64,000 nt of DNA from assembly GCF_001194135.2 (NCBI RefSeq), contig NC_068983.1, forward strand, positions 147,639,534-147,703,533. The letters are read 5' to 3'. Position numbers and translations under genes: made by a program. Shown here piece by piece: positions 52,148 through 64,000 of the stretch. The notes below the pieces were generated by a model. That model made no database searches and was not told the origin of the DNA. It saw only the letters and a program-made list of their open reading frames with translations. How positions within the stretch are numbered: position 1 is the first letter of the stretch; every line of letters starts with the position of its first letter. Origin of the DNA: Octopus bimaculoides. Taxonomy: Eukaryota.

Positions 52148-53782
52148 CATATATTATTATTAGAATAACTACCAATAAGAATAGTTTATAAATACTATAA
52201 AAGAATTCAAAAGGCTTTCTCTGTCAAAGGAGATAATGTGTAAAGCTATAAATATATGTATAAGTATTTTACACCTCTCCCCCTCTCTTTCCCTCTTTCT
52301 CTCTTTCTTTCTCTCTCTCTCTGTGCACACGCTAGGTATACATGTGTAAATCAGAGAAAGAATTGTAGCGTCCACTCGGTTAAAGTTGAAAAATCGCATT
52401 TAAAATATATAAATATATTTTCTGTATAAGAGATATAATTTGTTTGCAGTTAAAGCGCTCAAATATATTTTGTTTTGTATATAAATATATTACGTTTGTA
52501 TCTAAAGCGTATGTGAAACCAATATATGTCGTATAATCTATATTTCGATCGCTTTTGAAATGTATGTATGAATATATCTGTAATTACATTTTATTTATAA
52601 TTCAAACTTATAATTCCAACTGAAATGACAGCTTTAAATTATTAGAAAGCGAAAGAGACTAATGCTTATAAATGCAAACAAAATAGATATTTACTCACTT
52701 CAAATACAAACGAAACATATTTTCTGAAAAACAGAAAGTACCGTGGTTATAATATTAAAAAATAGCTGATGTTCAAAGTGTTATTTTTAAAGCATCATAA
52801 AAATGTTAGGGGATGCTTAAAAATCTAATATTCTTTTTATTTTTCACATTTTATGATTCGCTTACAATTTTCAATTTTACACATGTATCACGTGTAAAGC
52901 GTATTACGAGTTGTTGGCGTTAGAATTTAGCATTTTAGAGAATCAGATAGAAGCAATGTGAAGAATGCAGAGATGATTTAAAAACCGGTTTCATACTATC
53001 CTGGGATATAAACATACAGCTAGAAACGTGCAGAGATGGAAAGGGATATTTTCTATTCCCATTCATTATATGAACTACGATAACAGGAACTGAGATCTCA
53101 GCAGGGGAATTAACTAACGAAAATATATATACAAAGTGAGGGAATGCAAGAGTGAGAGATAGTGAGTGAGTGGGAGAGAGAGAGAGAGAGAGAGAGAGAG
53201 NNNNNNNNNNNNNNNNNNNNNNNNNNNNNNNNNNNNNNNNNNNNNNNNNNNNNNNNNNNNNNNNNNNNNNNNNNNNNNNNNNNNNNNNNNNNNNNNNNNN
53301 NNNNNNNNNNNNNNNNNNNNNNNNNNNNNNNNNNNNNNNNNNNNNNNNNNNNNNNNNNNNNNNNNNNNNNNNNNNNNNNNNNNNNNNNNNNNNNNNNNNN
53401 NNNNNNNNNNNNNNNNNNNNNNNNNNNNNNNNNNNNNNNNNNNNNNNNNNNNNNNNNNNNNNNNNNNNNNNNNNNNNNNNNNNNNNNNNNNNNNNNNNNN
53501 NNNNNNNNNNNNNNNNNNNNNNNNNNNNNNNNNNNNNNNNNNNNNNNNNNNNNNNNNNNNNNNNNNNNNNNNNNNNNNNNNNNNNNNNNNNNNNNNNNNN
53601 NNNNNNNNNNNNNNNNNNNNNNNNNNNNNNNNNNNNNNNNNNNNNNNGTTCTGCTTTCTGTTTGTCCCATGATCTGTTTTCATTTTATTAACATTTAAAA
53701 TTTGTTTATAGGCCACCGCGATCTTCAGTTAAACAAAAGTCTTTCAGTTTCCGAGTTAGTTATGCATACTTACATATAAACG

Positions 53783-53921
53783 CGAGATTGTTTGTGTAGT
53801 TTCGAAGCTCGCTTTGAAACCAAATGGTTTCAAATTCAGTCCCACGGTACCTTGAGAAAATGTCTTCTACTTTAGCTCCTGGCGGACTATGCCTTGTGAG
53901 TGAATTTGGTTGGCAGAAACT
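53783..53921 (+). mobile_element. SINE family B 5' fragment
   Basis: TTCAGTCCCACGGTACCTTGAGAAAATGTCTTCTACT..GCCTTGTGAGTGAATTTGGT..GAAAC. Confidence 0.65.
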
Positions 53922-54279
53922 ATGTGGTGCTTGGTCTGAGCCGGTGCCCGGTTTTGATTATGTACGATGCACTTATAAGTTAAAGCTATGAATTTCTTTT
54001 ATAGTGTAACAATATTTAATGACCGAATACTGTAACATATGTAACTCTCATTATTGCTATGTTCTTTATATTACGCTATAGCCCTTCTCAGACCACATAG
54101 AACTCAACGATTGTAGTATAATGTAAATACTAATAAGAGCCGCAGCTTGAAATGTAAATTTGCGCACTGAGAACACCCATACATGCGTGCATACATACAC
54201 ACACACACACATATATATAAACATACATACATACATACATACATTTAGTATCTTGGAATTGATGACAATGTTGCATATG

Positions 54280-55740
54280 TTGATATTGAGACTAAAGCCA
54301 GAATGACGAGTACTTCTGCAGACTCCGGAAAATATGGAATTCAGAGCTGTCTGCATTTGACAATATCACATCACACAATGCTTTTGCTGTGCCAGTATTA
54401 GTACTAACATTGAGATATTGAACTGGACAATTGACGGGATCCGCAGCCTGATCATCAAAACTAGAAAGGTACTGGCCACGTCTGGCAGCTTCCACATCAA
54501 CAGTGATACCGATAGGATCTATGTGAGACGAAGGGATGGCAATAGAAGCATGAGGTCAGTCCAAACAGCCTTAGAATGTTGCACTATATCACTCAGACAA
54601 CACCTGATGAAGAGTAAAGAAATTACATTACATTCATGCTCAAAAGTGAGAGCAACAGCATCTTCAGAATTAACGAATAACTATCAAGCAGATAATCTGA
54701 GAATACAACAATCTCATGCGACCTAAAGGAAGCTTGAGTGGCTTATATAAACAGAAGTTTGGAGGAGAAACAGACATCATAGCAGCAAAAAGCAATGCCT
54801 GGGTAAGCCAGAAGATAACAACAGCATTGACAGAGGAAGAATAGCCTCTCCTAGATTTGTGATTGATAGATTACATACCACCTAGAAGGATATGCCTTTG
54901 CTATCCAGGAACAGGAGATAGCTATTAAAAACCTGATAAACGAGAAAGACAAGGATACTACCAAATGCCCACTTTGTGGTAGAAAATATCAGCTTTGCTA
55001 TGCCAGTGTAGAGGATAGCACCTACATCATCAGCAGCTGCTCCAAAATGTCTACGAGATACTACCTGCCCTGAGGCATGATATAGTTGCAAAGACCTCAA
55101 CGCCATCCACAGGAAGGACTGCTCTGACGTATACATCAAAGACATGTCTGAACCAGCATGTATTCACACCTTTAAAAACAAAGAATACTGGTGGAACACT
55201 TCAATAAAAACAACTATTCGGTGACATAGACCTAACATTGTTCTGTGGAACAGGAAACAAAAGTCATGCACTGTTGTAGTCGTAAGCTGCACAGCGGATG
55301 TAAATGTATCATCAAAAGTTCAGGAAAAAGAGAACATTTACGGTGAATTAATGCGGAACTTGCAGTTCTTATCCCCTGACTAAAAGTTATCATTTGTATC
55401 TATCATCATAAGTGCATTGGGCAATGCACCTACAAAATTACACTTAAAAACCTAGAACTACTAAATTTTTCGAAGAAAGTACAAAAGAAGCTGACATGCA
55501 TCCTCCAAATTCAGTCTATTAGCAGCACGGTGAAGATTTGTAAGACATTCCAAAGGTTTTGCACCTGAGATTTCTTAGATGGATAAATGCACACCCTTGG
55601 TTGTGTGAGCCCAACCAACACATCAACTCAACCACATTTACGAACACCAGGAAATTTCTTAACACAAAAAGTCTTATCGCTTTGTTCGCGACCGGCTTCA
55701 ACACTCTTAAGAACATCAATAGAATTTTAAAAAAAACAAC
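54280..55740 (+). mobile_element. R4/Dong-clade LINE 3' portion (RT thumb, CCHC finger, restriction-like endonuclease), degenerate
   Basis: IKTRKVLATSGSFHINSDTDRIYVRRRDG; KCPLCG..YIISSCSKMSTRYYLP*.HDIVAK; EYWWNTSI..HRPNIVLWN..VSCTADVNVSSKVQEKENIYGELMRNLQ..KICKTF. Confidence 0.9.
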
Positions 55741-55764
55741 ATAATACACACATACATATATCAT

Positions 55765-55990
55765 CTTCACCAACCAGACTGTCGGGCGTCGTTTCGACAC
55801 CGCTGGTCACAGTACGTCGTCCAATTCTCTCTGGATCGTGCCTTCCTCATCCACGTAACTCCAAACGATTGTCGTATTTCGTCAACCTACCGTTCTGGAG
55901 GCCTTTTGAGTGGCCTTTTCTGCACGCGCGGGTACCACTCGACAACTGCGCGAATCCACCATTTGTTGATGAACTGAGCGACGTGTCAGA
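55765..55990 (-). mobile_element. RTE-clade LINE 3' fragment
   Basis: Minus strand HVAQFINKWWIRAVVEWYPR..KRPLKRPPER*VDEIRQSFGVTWMRKARSRENW matches the RTE C-terminus (W.PR..KR..GRP..RW.D). Confidence 0.75.
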
Positions 55991-57128
55991 TGGATTGGAC
56001 GTATAGAAATACACACACACACACACACACACACATGTATATACATGTACACATACATACAGATATGTGTGCCTGTGTTTGCGCATATAAATTTGGATAC
56101 TGACACATACACACAGTGTACTGAACATACATTTTCTCTCCCTTGTCTGTAAATTGAAACGTGCAAGCGTGTATGTGTTATTGTGCACGTGTATATTATA
56201 GATATATGTGTGTGCGTGAAATGTTCGTCTGTCTATGCATTATATATCTCAGTGTCTGTGTATGTGTGTCTATGTGAGTGTGTAACTGCACCAGAAGGTA
56301 AATAAGAAAAAAAATTTGGAAGAAAAAGAACAAAAGAAACTCAACATCAAAATAATAGAATGGAACTAAGACGATAGGCGTGTGTCTTTAACTTTAAAGG
56401 TAGATGGCGTTAGGTGTAAACTTTTTGTTCTCTTTCACTGGTGGGTCTGGTGGTGTTTGCTATGAATGGTCGCCAGTAAACTATGCACACGTTTTCCTGT
56501 TACTTTTAGAGGAGACAAGCGATGTTTTCCGATTAACTTGTATAACAGAAACAAACACTTCATTATCGAACAAGGTGAGAGCAAAGAAAAGAGAAAAGGT
56601 AAAAAGGATTATTTGCAATGCATTGGTGAACGACCTATGTGTAATTATCAATAGTTTAAAACTAGCTTTAAAACACCTTTATATTTTGCTGTTGTGCTTC
56701 AGGGCACGTAAAACCAATAGAAGGAAAAGAAAACCTGTGGATTGACTAATATGGATTCACAGTTTTGTTTATTTTCTATATAGAGTGACGTATGTACGTA
56801 TACATCTATGTATTGATATATTTGTGTATCTATGTCGGTTATGTATGTGTGTTTATGAGTGCATGTATATATAGGCAGGTATATATATGTATTTGTGTGT
56901 ATGCATACTTGTGTGTACATACGCATGCATCTATTTATGTAACTTTATACGTTTGTAAGTATGCGTGCAAGTATGAGTGAGTAAACGTAGGTATGCAAAT
57001 ATGTACATCTATATATATATATGTATGTGTGTATGGATGAATGTATGTATTTACATTTGCACACACACTTATATATACGTGTATGTGTGAGTGAGTGAGT
57101 GTTCAAGTATATATGTGTGCGTGTGTGT

Positions 57129-57181
<53 letters not shown>

Positions 57182-57418
57182 NNNNNNNNNNNNNNNNNNN
57201 NNNNNNNNNNNNNNNNNNNNNNNNNNNNNNNNNNNNNNNNNNNNNNNNNNNNNNNNNNNNNNNNNNNNNNNNNNNNNNNNNNNNNNNNNNNNNNNNNNNN
57301 NNNNNNNNNNNNNNNNNNNNNNNNNNNNNNNNNNNNNNNNNNNNNNNNNNNNNNNNNNNNNNNNNNNNNNNNNNNNNNNNNNNNNNNNNNNNNNNNNNNN
57401 NNNNNNNNNNNNNNNNNN

Positions 57419-57475
<57 letters not shown>

Positions 57476-57814
57476 TGGTAGGTAGGTAAATGGAGATGTA
57501 AGTAAACATAGATCCATAGGTAAGTAGATAGGGAGGTACATAGATAATACGGACAAACGAGCACAAACACACACACACACACAAAAGGAGACGGAACTAT
57601 ATATACACACACGCATACACACAAAAACATATATGGAGAAATACATCCATACATATATTGATGCACATACATACATATCTGCATACACAAGCACACATGC
57701 GCACGTACATGCTGACGCACACACATGCGCATAGACAAAACGAATGCAGCTTTGCTAACGGATAGTCAACATCCATTGACAAGGTTGCAAAAGCAACGAA
57801 AAGCTTGGAAAAAA

Positions 57815-58110
57815 TATTTAATGCCAAAGTAGGGAGCTAGAACTTCCAGGATCTTCCATGTGTATATCACTGCATACCTTGCTCAGCTTCTCTATAGGGA
57901 GTAGAACTTCAATTCTTTTAGTATCTTACGGTAGCTTATCTGTTTCACTGGGTCAATCTTCTGTGTGTAGTGGTGCTGGATTGCTTCGAGTTCCGCCACC
58001 AGTTTGACGCTCTGCGGCGACCACTGTTCGGAGATCTGTTTCCCAAGGTATAGACAAGTACCATTAAGTGAACACATAGAGAGATGAGTAAGGACTCTCT
58101 AAACAAACTT
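57815..58110 (-). mobile_element. CR1-group LINE RT C-terminal fragment
   Basis: QWSPQSVKLVAELEAIQHHYTQKI..ISYRKILKELKFYSL*RS*ARYAVIYTWKILEVLAPYFGI. Confidence 0.8.
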
Positions 58111-59377
58111 CCTCTTTCTACCTATTCACCAATGCAATGAAACAACTTCTATACAACAACGATTAAATGAAGATAATATATTTGTTGAAAAATACAAACC
58201 GCGCCTGAATATGTACACTTAACTAATTTCGTAGATATTTTAATTCATAAATTTATAACTTCGTAACGCAAATAAAATCAGTTCGCCTCAAAGAAAAGAA
58301 TAATTGTTTCTTCTGCTTCTTATAATAACAATCACTAATTACGTCCCCTTAGATTTATTTAGCTAGTGATTCATTTACAATACAACTTTCCTCTTACTAA
58401 CATGGACTTAAAATTCCTTATGACACCGTGAAATTGTAATATTCCCACTAATTTCTTAGTCATAATTAGCAAAAGCGATACTGGTTGACTATGTAAATAT
58501 GTTATCTCATAAAAAATATATACATTCTGTGCATTTTAATATTTTTCGCTACAACTCACTACTTAGAGGGGAAAAATCCTTCCAACGAAGTTTTTCACTA
58601 TGTATATACTGAAATAATATTATATAGGAACAACATATTTCTTCTAAGCCAGAGCCGTGAATATATCAAACAAATTCTCTCTATTAATTTTATTTATTTA
58701 ATAATATATAATGGTTAGCAATGTAAGAATATGCTTACGTCTAGAATAAGAAAATGACTGCCGGTTTTCAACAGACTTTATCAATGTTTTTTGAAAAATA
58801 TTCTTATGAGGGAAATACAAATATAAAAAAAAAAATATTATAAACTATTCTCTCTACAGACATCAAAGCTGGCTATCAATTTTTGAAAGCACCAATTCTA
58901 ATAAAGAAATATTAATATTTGTACATAAAATATATATATATATATATATATAGTGTCTCTTAAAGACTAGAAACCTCTGTGATAAAAGAATTACAGTAGT
59001 TTCTGGTATCTAAGACACATAGCATTTCAACATTGAAGGTTCAAAAGATAGAAAATAACACTAATTTTTGCCTACTTTAACAATATTAAATACACTAAAA
59101 CGTTTTCTGTTGTTTTTCTTTAGATGCAAAGTTTTAGATGAAGTCCATTAAACTAATCTAGCGTGATAAATCCACTTCTGTACAAAGCACAGACTTGACA
59201 CTTAGCTTGTTGTGTCACGCTGTTGGTCAATTTCAAGCAACAATATGGTAGTCAGGTGCGTTAGTTGTTATATTACAATTGTCTTTCATTCCTAAGTTCC
59301 AAACATTAGTAATCTCTTCAGTTCTATAATAATATTAATAGTAGCGGCTTATTAACATTATTGATAATTTCATTACA

Positions 59378-59485
<108 letters not shown>

Positions 59486-59799
59486 CATATATGCAGTAGT
59501 ATGTATTTATTTACATGCATAGTTATATGTGTATGCGTGCGTGTGCATGTGTGCATGTGTGTGCGAGAGAGAGAGAAAGAGTGAGAGAGTGCGTGTGTGT
59601 ATGTGTGTGTGAGAGAGAGGGAGAGTGAGAGAGTGCGTGCGTGTATGTGTGTGAGTTTGTGCGCCTATATTTTTGTTATATGGTATTTAACCGATTTGTT
59701 GTTTCCTTAGTGATTTAAAAATAAGATATACAATATGTAATAAATTCTCGTGGGTCTATTGACTGAAAACAATAACACATACACACGTCCATGCATATA

Positions 59800-60929
59800 C
59801 AGGGTGCGTAAGGTATTTGAGGACATACTTTTCATGGGTCATTGCTGCACGTTTTGCTAACTCTGTATAATCTTTGTTTCGGGAAATAATAATGGCGGAC
59901 CTTCAGCTTACTCAAGAAATGAAGAGACATTGTTATAAGGGCTGAGCATAGAGAGAAATATCTCGATTTTTAAAAATTGCCAAATCTTTCGTCTACAAAC
60001 TTTGTAAGGAGCTAGAGACTGAAGATGGAAACGTATCACCAGTAACAAATCATAGAATATACATTCTAATCACTCTGAAATCATGAAAACACCTGAATTT
60101 TTCCAGCAAGTTCAACAGACCATTGACTACAATCCCAGAAAGTCCATGAGGTCAATTGCGAAAGCTCTCCATGTGTCAGAAGGAACAGTCAGAAATGATG
60201 TCCACGAAGACATCAGTCTTATATGATGAGGAAAGGTAAATATGTCAGAAAAAGCAAAAGAAAACCACTACATCAGATCTAAAAGGTTATTAAACACGAA
60301 ACGAAAAAAACTTCGACGAGAAAAACTTCGACCAAGATCAAAAAGTTAATAGAAGAAACGACAGATGGTCATGTGCAGACCCTTCTGAAGTTCCAAGTGT
60401 TATGCATACAAAATTTGCAGCAACTATCATGGTTTTAGGTGTTGTCAGCAATGAAGGAGATGTGATGCCTCCTTACTTCTGTCGCCTACATTGAGGTCCT
60501 GGATATAATTGCAATGGAAGGTCATCTGTTTCAGTAAGACTCTGCACTACCACTCTAGTAACACAGGAATGGATGATTAAAAACTTTCACGATCACATAA
60601 CCCATAATATTTGGCCTCCTAATTCCCCACATCTCAATCCATTGGACTATTTCATTTGGAGCGTTGTTGAGAGAGAGGTCAAGGAACACGCCCATAACAC
60701 CAAAGATTCATTGAAAGTTGCCATAATCAGAGTAATGTCCAAAATGAACCAGGACCACTTGATTCGAGCATGTAGATGATTTAGATGTCATATAAAAGCA
60801 GTTGTTGAAGCTGAAGGTGGCTTTATTGAAAAAATATTGTAGAAAAGGTTTATTTTTATCCCCATTTTTTTCTATAAATAAATTTATTATCTGTTATATA
60901 TCTGTTTTTTTTTTATCTTAAGCACCCTG
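59800..60929 (+). mobile_element. IS630/Tc1/mariner element, probably maT (DD37D)-like, with both TIRs and TA TSD, decayed
   Basis: TA-CAGGGTGCGTAAGGTA ... TATCTTAAGCACCCTG-TA. Encodes DEKNFDQDQKVNRRNDRW, IMVLGVVSNEGDVMPP and WPPNSPHLNPLDYFIWSVVER..VVEAEGGFIE. Confidence 0.88.
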
Positions 60930-60959
60930 TATAAATACATCAAAACATTGTAATGAAAT

Positions 60960-61190
60960 TTGTTGTGTATGCATTGAGTTAGCATGTTCTCTGCAACTTA
61001 GCCTTGGTTATGCATACGAAATATTCACGACAAGCTTCGCTTGCGTAAAGTCTGTGCGAAATAGGCCCCAGGAAAGCTTACCGAAGTGCATCAGCTTACT
61101 CGACCGCTATAACGATGAAGGCGAAGCTTTTGTGGAGAGAATAAGCACTAGAGATGAGACCTGGATCCATCACTTTATGCTGCCCTTTTC
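60960..61190 (+). mobile_element. Mariner transposase fragment
   Basis: HDKLRLRKVCAK*APRKLT..LLDRYNDEGEAFVERI.TRDETWIHHF (WVPxxL and TGDETW motifs). Confidence 0.8.
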
Positions 61191-61219
61191 ATAATGATGA
61201 TAATAAAAATAATAATAAT

Positions 61220-61900
61220 TCTTTCTTGTGTACAAATGAATTGTATCAGATTGCTGGATGCATTTGAACACCTTATTTTATTAAAGTATTTGGCTTTAAT
61301 AAAAGGCATGCAGTTGTTTTACCCCGAAATTTTGAATTTTGCTTACTTCAACTGATTTCAAGCTGCTTTTAATTTCATAGTTTTCCTTATATTTGCCGCA
61401 GATCTTTTGCCATGTTTGTAGAGTTTATTTTATGTTTTGTTCTGTGAGCTTCTTCATGTATCTTATTTGCTTTTCTACATCTCATCTTTACTCCAAATGT
61501 TTCTACTTTTTCTTTACTCGGTGGACTTTCTACTTGTACTGTTTTGTTATTTAATTCCTTGTAAAGGGTTTGTTTATTTTCTTGATACACCTTGTTATAT
61601 TTCATTTGTTTGATTAGTAATCCAAGTCTTTCTTGTCTCCCTACTTGTAAAGTCACCTGTTGAATTGATTTTTTTTTAATATTGGAAGATGCTATTGGTC
61701 TTGAATTTTGAATGGAGTGATATATTCCCCCCACTCGTTTCAAGCTCTCAACATTTTGAGTCTTACTCAGAAGGAAAAGCATTATTCATGCACCTTTTCG
61801 GGCTAAGCCTCACAATGGTTAAAATCCTCTCACACACAGAAATTCTTCTGCTGGCCCTCATTTTCACTGCTGTGGTTAAGGAAGTCTTAAGTGACTAAAA
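61220..61900 (-). mobile_element. R4/Dong LINE N-terminal / RT-upstream fragment
   Basis: YNKVYQENKQTLYKELNNKTVQVESPPSKEKVETF..KIQNFGVKQLHA, matching the region upstream of the R4/Dong RT. Confidence 0.7.
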
Positions 61901-61911
61901 CAAAGCAAAAA

Positions 61912-61952
<41 letters not shown>

Positions 61953-63616
61953 CTGATGCGTGTGTGTATGTGTATTTGTGTTCATGTGTGTCCGTATGTG
62001 ATATGAGTATTGCGTTTGATGGTTGAAAAATAAATGCTGGACTTTCCTTTCCTCCCTCTGGGTTAAGCAGAGTACCTCTCAAGTACTGAGAGTCAATATA
62101 ATTGACTGTTAATGTGACCTTGTGACTATGACAGAAATCATTTTTAGCAAAATTCTGTAAAATGCCGTTTTATATGACTTGTGGTATGTATTTATATCAT
62201 TTAATATTCTGATTTCAAATTCCGTTGAACTCGGTTATTCCTTTCATTTTTTTTTAGTGTCGATAAATGAATTACTTACCAGTTACTGAGGTCAATGAAC
62301 TACACATCCCCTCTTTACTAGAAATGTTTGCCCCTATGTCTGTGTGAGGAATGTAATGGATAGGACAATTTGATGGTTTCTCACATTTATTTTTTACTAG
62401 TATGAATGGTACAATAAATTTAAACCTCTTTTTAAAACTCTGTTGACCTGTGACCGGGCTAAGACTGTTCTTATCGTCTACTTCTTTCGTCGACTGCGGA
62501 AGGATGAAAGTAAGCCAGACCAGGTCACGATTTGGAATTAGGACCTAAAAAGAGATTTAACCAAACCTAAATCTAAAGATATAACCAAATATAGCCAAAC
62601 TTTGAAGGATTTTTTTTTAACGATAGTTCAACGATTTTGCTAACCATAAGTTTTAAACACGAACACAACTATAGACAAGAGGTTTAACTTAATATGAATA
62701 ATACTATTCTTTGTAGTCTCTGCTAATTTTACATACAACCATTACATAGACATACTTTTATATTATAGTCACGCCTTAATATTATTTGTATTTGGATTTA
62801 TTTCCTTTTGTTCATTGAAGGTAGAATATATTTAATGTTATCAACCAAGAAAGGAATGTAATTAAAACATATTTAAAGAAAGAAGCCGTGATATACGCAG
62901 TACGTTTTATGAAGTCACGGGAATTGTAGGGTTAATGAAACATTTATGATCAAATCTCAATACGTAATGTATATTTAATTGAATGTGAAGTATAATCAAC
63001 ATTTGTACATTAAACCAAACAGTAAGTGGGTGTATTCACTTTAGCTTATTTTCGCCAGGTGCATTAATGATTCAATCTAAGTTAAACAATCATGATTTAA
63101 ATACAATATCATATTGTGAGTGGCTGATAACATAATAAATATACAGAAAAGAAAAAAGAGAGAAATTATATTAGTTTCAAGTTAAACGTTGATTGATTTT
63201 TCTATTCCTTGGCTTAAGTGATTGATATTACACACAGGCTTTATTTATCATCAATGACATCGTGTGTTTTTTAAACAAAGGCTCTTGATTAACATGAAGT
63301 TATTTTCGCTTTTGATCTATATTCTCTTTTTGTTGATGGTTTTGTTTTTGTTTTGATAGGGAGGCGTTTATGAATAAACAGTGAAACATTACATTAATGA
63401 GTTAATGTCATCTTTTAGAGTGCAAACGATCCAGTTGATGGGACATAAGATAAATGGTTGGTGTTTCATATCACACCGAATCACAAATAACCCTTGTTTA
63501 ATGATGCAAAAGTGTAGGAACCTTGTACCATTCTAAGCACTGTAAGAGATGTTAAACAGAAAACGTAAGATACAACATCGACAGAGACAAGCGCCGCCAG
63601 CCTGTCTTGTCTTTAA

Positions 63617-63995
63617 TGTTGTTGGCACTCCGTCGCTTACGACGTCGAGGGTTCCAGTTGATCCGATCAACGGAACAGCCTGCTCGTGAAATTAACGTGC
63701 AAGTGGCTGAGCACTCCACGGACACGTGTACCCTTAACGTAGTTCTCGGGGATATTCAGCGTGACACAGAGTGTGACAAGGCTGACCCTTTGAATTACAG
63801 GCACAACAGAAACAGGAAGTAAGAGAAAGTTGTGGTGAAAGAGTACAGCAGGGTTCGCCACCATCCCCTGCCGGAGCCACGTGGAGCTTTTGGTGTTTTT
63901 GCTCAATAAACACTCACAACGCCCGGTCTGGGAATCGAAACCGCGATCCTATGACCGCAAGTCCGCTGCTCTAACCACTGGGCCATTGCGCCTCC
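63617..63995 (-). mobile_element. SINE family A, full length
   Basis: Reverse complement begins GGAGGCGCAATGGCCCAGTGGTTAGAGCAGCGGAC and ends GGAGTGCCAACAACA. Near-identical to 7792 and 51360. Confidence 0.95.
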
Positions 63996-64000
63996 ACCTT

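Noticed and set aside
61183-61950. TAA/TAAA repeats flanking the R4/Dong fragment as evidence of target specificity
   Set aside because: The repeat strand is opposite to that at 2077-2122, the fragment has neither natural terminus, and the two true 3' ends (18600, 55740) are not in TAA arrays.

Overview
AT-rich, microsatellite-dense animal genomic DNA from a gapped short-read assembly (14 N-runs, most flanked by (TA)n/(CA)n/(GA)n). The repeat families suggest a cephalopod, probably Octopus (inference from SINE and transposon types). I find no intact protein-coding gene, rRNA, functional tRNA or CRISPR array, and most listed ORFs are microsatellite or gap artefacts. The window is mainly a transposon graveyard. 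It holds at least four tRNA-derived SINE families (about 20 copies, several with target-site duplications) and decayed Penelope-like elements (PLEs) of at least two clades. It also holds LINE fragments (R4/Dong x4, Tx1/L1, Hero-like, RTE, CR1) and DNA transposons (mariner x3, a maT/DD37D-like element, a Chapaev3-like deletion derivative, and a hAT derivative nested in a SINE). The most interesting signal is five minimal type-I hammerhead ribozyme (HHR) motifs in two sequence families between 26.2 and 45.0 kb. One (44961-45004) has an intact catalytic core at the 3' end of a PLE GIY-YIG endonuclease, two lie in an inverted pair of PLE terminal repeats, and two are degenerate motifs with little or no ORF context. 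One GC-rich candidate exon pair (20093-20518, minus strand) is unexplained.
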